A stretch of 23,831 nucleotides of DNA from Deinococcales bacterium (GTDB lineage Bacteria > Deinococcota > Deinococci > Deinococcales > JAAFIG01): the NCBI GenBank assembly GCA_031414595.1, contig JANNVX010000025.1, positions 1-23,831 on the forward strand. The letters run 5' to 3'. Below are positions 16,309 through 23,831 of this stretch, piece after piece. The notes under the pieces are model-generated. The model did no database searches. It was given only the letters and a program-made list of their open reading frames with translations, and was not told where the DNA came from. Each line of letters begins with the position of its first letter. The first letter of the stretch is position 1. Made by a program: the position numbers and the translations under genes.

Positions 16309-17850
16309 GTGACCGCCCTCGAAGCCTTTTGTTCTAGCCAACTTCTTTCTTTGCATCGTTTAGCCCATACAGATTTCTTGGCGGCACTACAAACTCCTCG
16401 GGTTGTCAATCGTGATGCTTTGTCAGAAGCGGTTCTCGAGTACAGCCTGAGTCTTGGTGCGCCCAAAGCGGTTCTCGAGAATGCCAAGTTACTGGCGCAC
16501 CCGCAGTCCCTAACCATCATGACTGGACAGCAAGCGGGTTTGCTGCTTGGGGCTTCGTACACGATTTCTAAGGCAGTGGATGCGGTTTTGCTGGCTCGGC
16601 GTTATTCAAGTCCTGAACGTCCTGTACTGCCTGTTTTTTGGGTCGCAAGCCAAGACCATGATTCTGATGAGGTGCGTCATGCCTTTCTGCTAGATTTATC
16701 TGAAACCCAGCATCAAATCAGTCTCGAGTTACCCAAAGGAATCCCGATAGGTGCAATTCCACTCGAGCCACATTATCTCGAGACGATTTTGCAGCACCTA
16801 CAGAATTTCGATGCTCCCGAAGTTTTCAAGACTCCAATTTGTGAAATGCTCAAAACAACCTTTGGCGCTTCAAAAACATATAGTGAATGGTTCTCGAGAA
16901 TTTTAATGTACCTCCTTGGGAATTATGGGCTTTTAATTGTTGACCCTTTGTACCCAAGTATTGCGGCGTTGTTCACGGCTGGTATTCAACACGAACTCGA
17001 GTCTCCATTGGCTTCAAGTGCAGGTATTGAACGGGCGGCGGTGAAACTTGAGGATTTTGGACTGACCCCACAATTACGGCGTGGTGAACAAGCCACCAAT
17101 CTTTTTTTAACGGGCGTGGATGGGCAGCGCCGTTTACTTAAATTTGATGGTCAAGAATTTATGGCTGACCATGCCTATAGCAAAGCCGAACTTCTTAGTA
17201 TTCTCGAGTCTAGCCCGTGGCGTTTAACCCCAGCCGCCGGTTTACGCTCAATTCTTGCCGATGCGGTCTTTCCAAGTGTGGTCAATGTCCTAGGACCTGG
17301 TGAACTTGCTTATCATTTGCAACTGCTCGAGGTTTACCAACTTCATCAAGTGCCGCAACCCTTAATGTCACCGCGTCTTAGCATGACAATTATTGAACCA
17401 CCCATTAAACGGATTCTCGAGAAGCACAATTTAACCGCTCGAGAATTCCAGCAAAATAGGGGAGAGCCACTTCGCAACCAATTATTTGAAACACACCGAG
17501 CCAAAACAAGAATTTTAAGCACTTTGGAGCAGAACATGGCTCAGATTGAAAGCCTGAGCAACGATTTAACCCAACTCGAGACTGGTTTTTCCAAGAGCGT
17601 TTGGCGGATGCAAGCCGCCATGCGGTATCAACTCGAGAACAAGCTACCTAAAAAACTTCAAGCTGCGCTGCTTCGTGCCGATACCGATTTGCAAAGTCAG
17701 TTAATTCGTCTCGAGAAGCACTTGCTGCCAAGTGGAATACCTCAAGAACGCCATAACAGTTTCCTCGAGTATATTCTAAAGTTTGGCACGGTTGCGCTGG
17801 ACAAAGTTTTTACCCTCGAGCCGAGTAAAGCATCCGAACTCGAGATTTAA
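16309..17850 (+). CDS. bshC: Bacillithiol biosynthesis cysteine-adding enzyme BshC
   Basis: TGQQAGL..G..YT..KA, PVFWVASQDHD, GPGELAY, C-terminal coiled coil and PQER. Confidence 0.93.
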   Translation: MTALEAFCSSQLLSLHRLAHTDFLAALQTPRVVNRDALSEAVLEYSLSLGAPKAVLENAKLLAHPQSLTIMTGQQAGLLLGASYTISKAVDAVLLARRYSSPERPVLPVFWVASQDHDSDEVRHAFLLDLSETQHQISLELPKGIPIGAIPLEPHYLETILQHLQNFDAPEVFKTPICEMLKTTFGASKTYSEWFSRILMYLLGNYGLLIVDPLYPSIAALFTAGIQHELESPLASSAGIERAAVKLEDFGLTPQLRRGEQATNLFLTGVDGQRRLLKFDGQEFMADHAYSKAELLSILESSPWRLTPAAGLRSILADAVFPSVVNVLGPGELAYHLQLLEVYQLHQVPQPLMSPRLSMTIIEPPIKRILEKHNLTAREFQQNRGEPLRNQLFETHRAKTRILSTLEQNMAQIESLSNDLTQLETGFSKSVWRMQAAMRYQLENKLPKKLQAALLRADTDLQSQLIRLEKHLLPSGIPQERHNSFLEYILKFGTVALDKVFTLEPSKASELEI

Positions 17851-17855
17851 GCACA

Positions 17856-18566
17856 TCATAACTTTTGATTATACTCAACTACTATTTCTACTCGGTTGTC
17901 TGCTTCAGAACGTTTTTCCTTGATACCACTAAATGGTGTCTGGCTTCCTCGAGCAGAGACAGCCAAGTAATTTGATTTGATTTGTCCAAGGGTTGAAAAA
18001 AGATTGGCAATAGTGGCGGCTCGTTGTGCTGATAAGTTCCAATTGTCCAAACCCTGTTTAGATGGTGCGCTATGTCCTTCAATCCGAATCCGACGATAGT
18101 TGCCAAATTGAGAACGCAATGCTTCTGCCAGTGCTAAAAACTTTTGTTCGCCTTGAGGTGTTAGTACCGCCGATTGTGCTGTCTTAAACAGTAATGCTCC
18201 AAGTTTGTTATCTTTATAAAAAACCCAGCGTTGAGCGCCTGGAGGGTCATTGCGAAATGTCGAGGGTAATTCTGTAGGGCGTAGCTCTGGCTTAATGGTT
18301 TGAATTGAAACACGGATTGTTTGCTGCGCCTTTTTGTATTTTACTTTTTCGCGTTCATTTTCTTCAATAATTTGTTGTGCTTTCTGATAAATGGTTTTAT
18401 TGGTTGCGTTTTCTTGAATTATAACTTGTGTTTTCACACGATTAATTTCATTCGCAACCATTAAAGCCGCCATCATAAAAATCAGAATGAAAATCACGTT
18501 AATCGTTACATCAGCAAGTGCAATGTAAGGGTTAATGGTCTCATTTGAGTGGCTATATTTTCTCAT
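17856..18566 (-). CDS. MotB/ZorB-like protein: TM helix with conserved Asp plus OmpA-like peptidoglycan-binding domain
   Basis: PYIALADVTINVIFILIF TM; IRIEGHS, NWNLSAQRA, NRVEI. ATG 18566 overlaps the upstream stop (ATGA). Confidence 0.85.
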   Translation of the reverse strand: MRKYSHSNETINPYIALADVTINVIFILIFMMAALMVANEINRVKTQVIIQENATNKTIYQKAQQIIEENEREKVKYKKAQQTIRVSIQTIKPELRPTELPSTFRNDPPGAQRWVFYKDNKLGALLFKTAQSAVLTPQGEQKFLALAEALRSQFGNYRRIRIEGHSAPSKQGLDNWNLSAQRAATIANLFSTLGQIKSNYLAVSARGSQTPFSGIKEKRSEADNRVEIVVEYNQKL

Positions 18567-20188
18567 TTCTTTCCAAGTGGTCTTGGGTCGCCCTTTTTGC
18601 GCCAAAGCAATTCAAGCTTTTCGTTCCCAGAAGAATTGGAAATATTTTCCTCTTTTTCACTAGGTATACCAACACCTTGTTCCGTCTGAAATATACTTAT
18701 CGCTGCCTCTAGTTGTCTAAAGGAAACATTCAATACTTCAAAAGTTTCATTGAGTACACCAAATGTTTCAATGTATTTTTCAGATAGACTCGGAAGACTT
18801 TTTTCAAGGCGTGCGAACCGATCATCTAGATGTCTGATAATATCGTTTGATTTAGAGATTTGGTTACTGCCCTCTTCACGAAAGGCTTTTATAGTATCAT
18901 CAAGGTTTTTTGCTAATTCACCTAATTGTCGAGAAATTTGATCACTTTTGCTGGAGAAATCCGTTTGTAACTCTGCAATTTTATCGGTTTGACTCGAGAA
19001 GTGTGTAGTCAAAACAGTAGTAGCATTTCCAAATAAACTAGGAAGACCATTTTCGAGTCGTTCAAAACGAGTATCTAAACGTCCAACAACTTCATTTGAC
19101 CGAACAAGCTGTTTCCCACCTTCTTCACGGAAAGCCGCCACCGTTTTGTCAAGAACTCCTGTTAAACCACCCACTTGTTCAAGAATATCATCGCTTTTTT
19201 TGGCAAAGCCAACTTGCAACTCTCCAATTTCTTTAATTTGCCCTGAAAGCTGTTTGGTTAAATCTTCTGCTGCATTTTCAAATCTTTTTGAACCATTTTC
19301 TGCTGCCCTAGCTAAATTCTCAGCTCCTTGATTGAGCAAATTTCCAAATTCATCCACTCGAGCAGTCACTGTATTAATCATTTGTGTGGCATTACTAGAA
19401 ACATCTTCTAGTTTCTCTAGGGTTTCTTGAACATGATTACCCGCGTCTGTTAGAACACTTTTGAATGTCGCTGTAGTAATTGTAAGTACAGTTGTAAATT
19501 CCTTAACAGTCTCGTTACTTTGAGCAAGAAGTTTTTGTTGTTCTTCAAGTTGAGCTTCTGTACTACTTGGAAAAACAAGTGGAATGAACGAAACCAAGAT
19601 AAATGTTTGCAATTGACTTAAGAATTGGTCGCGTAGTAGTGCAAACACACTGAGTAATAATGAAGCAACAACCGAAAGAAAAACTCCAAATAAGGTAGCT
19701 CCAAAACCACCCTGCATTGAAGCCACTGTTGAACTCAGTTGACTCTGAAAAATTTCAAGACTGGTAGGGTTATTTAATTGCAGTTTGCCCACTGAACTTG
19801 CCAAGCTATACACTGTGCCAAGCAAACCTGTTAGCATTAGCAGATTAGGTATAATTTTGGCGGCGCTTAAATAAGTGCCTTCTCGAGAAAAAAGCAAACC
19901 CATAATTGCTTCAATATTTGGATTTGAAATGGTTCGAGACTCCCATATCGCCTTTGTTATGTTGAAAACAACACCATTTTTTTGATCTTCTTGTAAGAGT
20001 TTAGCTATCTGGTTTTTTCCTTCATTTTTTGATTGTTCTTGGATAATAGAATTAAACTTATTGAACAGATTTTTTTGAAAAATAAGATCAAGAGATTCTA
20101 CAAAGAGAATGATAATTAGAAAACCAAAAAAGATTCCAAATATTGCAAGAATAAAAATTGGCATCTCATTCATAAAAACTTCAAGCAT
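18563..20188 (-). CDS. MotA/TolQ/ExbB-like, ZorA-like proton-channel subunit with a long C-terminal helical tail
   Basis: AGGAG RBS; TM1; P..L...GLLGTV; GF.ATLFGV..S; then about 330 aa of helical/coiled-coil sequence. Confidence 0.85.
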   Translation of the reverse strand: MLEVFMNEMPIFILAIFGIFFGFLIIILFVESLDLIFQKNLFNKFNSIIQEQSKNEGKNQIAKLLQEDQKNGVVFNITKAIWESRTISNPNIEAIMGLLFSREGTYLSAAKIIPNLLMLTGLLGTVYSLASSVGKLQLNNPTSLEIFQSQLSSTVASMQGGFGATLFGVFLSVVASLLLSVFALLRDQFLSQLQTFILVSFIPLVFPSSTEAQLEEQQKLLAQSNETVKEFTTVLTITTATFKSVLTDAGNHVQETLEKLEDVSSNATQMINTVTARVDEFGNLLNQGAENLARAAENGSKRFENAAEDLTKQLSGQIKEIGELQVGFAKKSDDILEQVGGLTGVLDKTVAAFREEGGKQLVRSNEVVGRLDTRFERLENGLPSLFGNATTVLTTHFSSQTDKIAELQTDFSSKSDQISRQLGELAKNLDDTIKAFREEGSNQISKSNDIIRHLDDRFARLEKSLPSLSEKYIETFGVLNETFEVLNVSFRQLEAAISIFQTEQGVGIPSEKEENISNSSGNEKLELLWRKKGDPRPLGKK

Positions 20189-20354
20189 CTTTCTCCTTTC
20201 GTATCAATAAAATAATAAAGCGCTTGTTGTGTGATGGACGAACAAAAGGGCTTTCTTTTCATAAGGCAATTGGTTTTCTTGAACTTAGTTGTGATGGGTT
20301 TACACTGTTCAATACAAGTTAGTTGCGGTGCTGTATCCCCTACAGAGCTAACAC

Positions 20355-23300
20355 CTACTGAAATGGATTCCATTCACGCCCAAACGGGTGTAATGGGTCT
20401 TCTGGGTAGAACGAGCAGCGTAATCCGTTGGCAAGGGCTTCTTCTCGTGTGTACCCAACCAAACCACCACAAACAAGACAGTAATAGCCATCTCTGTCAA
20501 AAAAACCGTTACCTTGAGGTCTGGGATCGTTTTGTTTACGCCACAATGATTGTATTAGCTCATCTTCTGGTGGGAATACCGCGTATAAGTCGTTGAGCAT
20601 CTGGCGGTCTTTTAATCGATTAACAATAAGCCGTTCAATAGCTGGTTTACTCCATCCGTCTATAACTGCTCCATTTCCTTCCAGTAATTGCTTTTGTAAG
20701 TACCGAATATAGGCTTGGTTTGCATCTCCAAGTTGTTTACTTTCTTGAACAAAAGATTGATATTTACTATCAATTAAGGCATTTAAGCGTGTTTTGACAC
20801 CATCAAGGCGTTTTTGCCCTGTAGCATCTACATCGGAAAATGCCAACAAACGAGCTGCTCTATCTATTCGGGCGGGGAAGCGACGTTGGCGCTGCTTGGG
20901 GTCTTTGGATTCCCCCATTCCTTCTTGCCAGTCCATAACCAGAAAACCAAACTCGAGACGTAGAACTTCATGCAGGATACCAAAGCATAACAAATCTTCG
21001 GCATCTTTGAGTTTTGCGATTTCTCCATCAGATATTGGAGTCCAGTCCATGTCTTCGCGCTTTCGCGTGAAATATGTTGGATACAGTTCGCACTTGGCAT
21101 TGGCTAAAACTTGGGTAATATCAAGTGAACCACGCAAAGCAAATTTGTACCATTCTTCTAACATCACAATGCGGAAAGGGTTTGTAATATCACTTTGTCG
21201 TGCAGTAGGGTTGGCATTGCGCCACGGCGTTATTGCATTGCGAAACTCATCGGTGAGATTGCGTCCAAGCAATAGCTTTTTCTTTGGCAGTGGGGTCATT
21301 GGGTCTGGCTGCCCGAGATTTTCAGTAATTGGTAAGAAGATCGTGGCGGCTCGAGCGGCTGCCATACTTTCTTGTTCTGGTGAAAAAGTGGGTGATTTTG
21401 CTTCAAATAATCGAGTGACAATATCTTTGTTATTAGGGTCTGATAAAGGACGAAACGGTTCAACAGCTATTTCTTCAAGCCCCCGTAATTGTGCAGGTTC
21501 AAAAATAGCCTGTCCAACAATATAAGACAGCATAAGCCAATCGGGATCATTTCCTGTTGGTACAATGGCTTTGGGTAAATCTACCCAACTGCGAATGATA
21601 TTGCTGCTAACACTTTCTAGCTTATCTTCTGGAACTGCTGTTTTCCATTCAATATCCACAGTACCGTTTGGTGAGGGTTCAAACAAAGCCAGACCATTAA
21701 TGTCAGACTCTTTGCCTTCTAATTTCATGATATTTCCAGACCAATCCAGTGTTTGACTGGTCAATCTCGAAGCCAAATTCCGTAGTCGCTTAATAATCTT
21801 ATTGGTTTCAAGTTCAATGAGACCCAGTGCGCCTATATCGGTTCTTTGTCCACTGCCAGAGTCACGCAACACATCTTTTGTGGCTTGTTCTATTCGGGTT
21901 TTCATTTCATCTTTAAGTGTTTTGTCAAGTTTTCCGATTAAACGCCCAATGGCTTTACTGCGTAAGCCAAAAGCACCCAACAAAACATTTGTTCGGATTT
22001 CATCAATTTTTTCTAACATGGTATTGGTCGCACTTGCACTCACACTCACATCAGCAAGTTTTCGGCTTCGCAATTCGCCAATTCGACCACTCACACCATC
22101 TAAAATCGCTAGAATTGGCGCTGGTCCAATATCATAATCAAGTAATTTGGAACGAATGATTCCAGCAAAATTATTCACGATTTCCGAAGCGGCTCGAGTA
22201 CGATTTACTTCTACTGCACGGATGATTAAACCCTTAAAGCCCTCGCCTTTATCCTTTTCAAAAGCGCCGCGAAACTCTCCTAGTGATTTTTTAGCCGTGT
22301 CTATATCACCACGTTTAGCTGCTGCAGTGACTTCTCTGATTTTTCCTTCAAGTCGTGGACGTAAATTTGCCCCACCTTCTTCACGAATTAAAGCATTGAT
22401 TAAATCAGGTAAAGTTAGCCCCAAGCCATCAAGTTCATCCTCTTGTTTCGTTTCAAGTGGACGGTCTTTCCATTGCTTAAAAGCATGATGCAAAGTTTTT
22501 AATTTACAAGCCTCGATGATTCGTCTAACTGGATATTCAATGGTTGAAAGCCCAAAAGTCGCAAAGGCAAAACTACGTCCGTTCTTTGGTGGTACAACTC
22601 CACCATCTACAATTTGTGCCATTGGATCAGATTCTGGAACAAAAATATTTAAAAACACGCGGTCAGCCACGGCGCTATTCAATTTAGCTTCATCTTCGGT
22701 TGTGGTTTCTCGAGAACGAACCAAATACACCAAATCATAGGGAGTTTCATCTGGCGAGAGTATTTCCTCACCGTAATTACGATCATAATACTTAATACCT
22801 TTATAGCGGTCACGGTCAGTATAATTATGATACTGATTGAGTTCTTGCAAAGCATGGTAAGCATTGGTTTTACGAAGTTCTGCTAAACCAGAATTGTCAT
22901 TTGCAATGGTGTACCCAGGGTGCGGTAAAGTAAAAATGCCAATGAGACGTTCGGATTTACTGGTAATGGTCTGCAACAAAATACCAAAGTCAGAAGCAGT
23001 ACCACTGCATGTTCCTCCAAGCAGCGTGCCAGTCACAATAATCCGTATCCCTTCAGCAAAAATAACATCTGTTTCGAGTCCAACGGCATCTTTATTTAAT
23101 TTATTTTTTGCTTCGGCAGGGGTTAAATTTCTTAGCCGTGCCAGTCTATCAGCTAACGCATTTTTGATATTTGGGTAATTATTTGAATGCAGCAGTGCCA
23201 AACGTCCAACCATACGAATGTTACCTGCTCCCGCATCCACTGCCCCTGCTTTTAACTGACGTAAGGTATCAATGTCCGCCCAACGCTCGAGTGCAATGGT

Positions 23301-23555
23301 ATCGTTGTAGTTTTGAGGGTTGTTAATCACATCACTATAAGAAGCTGCATCCAGTGTTAGGGTCTTAAAATTATCGCCTGGATTAAATCGACTACGCTCT
23401 GCTGCATTTGTTTCTACACACAAAAATTCAATCCAAGGCGCACGGTCAAGCGAACCTACTTCCCACTCCACCCGCTCTGCCAAAGCATTGCAAACTCGAG
23501 TTCCTGTACTACCCAGACCAACTACTAATGTTTTGATAACGCGAAGATCAGACAT
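20355..23555 (-). CDS. Tubulin/FtsZ-like (Tubulin_2 / FtsZl1-type) large protein
   Basis: GGGAG RBS; LVVGLGSTG loop, GAGNIRMVGRLAL, GGTCSG signature, N.YHAL.EL, FGLSTI.YP; long helical region; C-terminal C..C/C...H. Confidence 0.85.
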   Translation of the reverse strand: MSDLRVIKTLVVGLGSTGTRVCNALAERVEWEVGSLDRAPWIEFLCVETNAAERSRFNPGDNFKTLTLDAASYSDVINNPQNYNDTIALERWADIDTLRQLKAGAVDAGAGNIRMVGRLALLHSNNYPNIKNALADRLARLRNLTPAEAKNKLNKDAVGLETDVIFAEGIRIIVTGTLLGGTCSGTASDFGILLQTITSKSERLIGIFTLPHPGYTIANDNSGLAELRKTNAYHALQELNQYHNYTDRDRYKGIKYYDRNYGEEILSPDETPYDLVYLVRSRETTTEDEAKLNSAVADRVFLNIFVPESDPMAQIVDGGVVPPKNGRSFAFATFGLSTIEYPVRRIIEACKLKTLHHAFKQWKDRPLETKQEDELDGLGLTLPDLINALIREEGGANLRPRLEGKIREVTAAAKRGDIDTAKKSLGEFRGAFEKDKGEGFKGLIIRAVEVNRTRAASEIVNNFAGIIRSKLLDYDIGPAPILAILDGVSGRIGELRSRKLADVSVSASATNTMLEKIDEIRTNVLLGAFGLRSKAIGRLIGKLDKTLKDEMKTRIEQATKDVLRDSGSGQRTDIGALGLIELETNKIIKRLRNLASRLTSQTLDWSGNIMKLEGKESDINGLALFEPSPNGTVDIEWKTAVPEDKLESVSSNIIRSWVDLPKAIVPTGNDPDWLMLSYIVGQAIFEPAQLRGLEEIAVEPFRPLSDPNNKDIVTRLFEAKSPTFSPEQESMAAARAATIFLPITENLGQPDPMTPLPKKKLLLGRNLTDEFRNAITPWRNANPTARQSDITNPFRIVMLEEWYKFALRGSLDITQVLANAKCELYPTYFTRKREDMDWTPISDGEIAKLKDAEDLLCFGILHEVLRLEFGFLVMDWQEGMGESKDPKQRQRRFPARIDRAARLLAFSDVDATGQKRLDGVKTRLNALIDSKYQSFVQESKQLGDANQAYIRYLQKQLLEGNGAVIDGWSKPAIERLIVNRLKDRQMLNDLYAVFPPEDELIQSLWRKQNDPRPQGNGFFDRDGYYCLVCGGLVGYTREEALANGLRCSFYPEDPLHPFGREWNPFQ

Positions 23556-23569
23556 AAATCAACTCCCTT

Positions 23570-23686
23570 TTAACTTCTTAATTGCAGAACGAAAGCGAGT
23601 GTAAAAGTCAAGAAAAATACAACTAAACCATAGATAATAGCGTTTACTAAAGTCTGTGGAGGAATAATAAAATATCCAAATGCCAT
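23570..23686 (-). CDS. Possible small hydrophobic ORF, or the 3' remnant of a membrane protein gene
   Basis: Reads MAFGYFIIPPQTLVNAIIYGLVVFFLTFTLAFVLQLRS and stops 14 nt before the tubulin-like ATG. No clear RBS. Confidence 0.3.
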   Translation of the reverse strand: MAFGYFIIPPQTLVNAIIYGLVVFFLTFTLAFVLQLRS

Positions 23687-23831
23687 AAAAACAATAGTCT
23701 GGAACGTTTTTTAAATTTAAGAAATTAAAAGTGGAAGCCCTACTGTAAGCTGTGAGTGTCTAAACCAACGCTCCAAAAAGGCTTCCATGACTATCTTAAA
23801 CCAAATTCTGACCTTAGCGGGTATTCGCAAA

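Noticed and set aside
17856-20188. Flagellar MotAB or TolQR/ExbBD
   Set aside because: The A subunit has a long helical tail, the partner is OmpA-type rather than ExbD/TolR, and no flagellar or TonB genes are adjacent.
20794-22488. Plus-strand ORFs of 60-243 aa
   Set aside because: They are antisense to the well-supported tubulin-like gene and have no RBS or motifs.

Overview
A ~23.8 kb bacterial chromosomal segment of moderate GC (about 44-45% by eye). It is most likely Deinococcota (Deinococcales-like), judging from bshC, many apparently leaderless genes and a very strong excess of the palindrome CTCGAG (about 108 copies by hand count versus about 4-6 expected). Left to right it holds: a GTAG-type REP pair; an Ig-repeat lipoprotein; tRNA-Thr(TGT) and tRNA-Tyr(GTA) with promoter and terminator; an ABC ATPase plus one permease; an alkyltransferase-like protein; SlyD; a HicB-like ORF; a Septu-like ATPase+HNH pair bracketed by a 182-bp direct repeat; a small Cys-rich membrane protein, YibE/F and Fur; two oxidoreductases; a Tat-exported two-domain multicopper oxidase coupled to a ZIP-like transporter behind DtxR-type boxes; a tnpB-only IS200/IS605 element inserted inside the ZIP stop codon; and bshC. 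The right end is a CTCGAG-poor block with a 1066-aa tubulin/FtsZ-like protein followed by a ZorA/ZorB-like MotA/MotB pair. That block is the best candidate for an undescribed system, and it may continue beyond the window.
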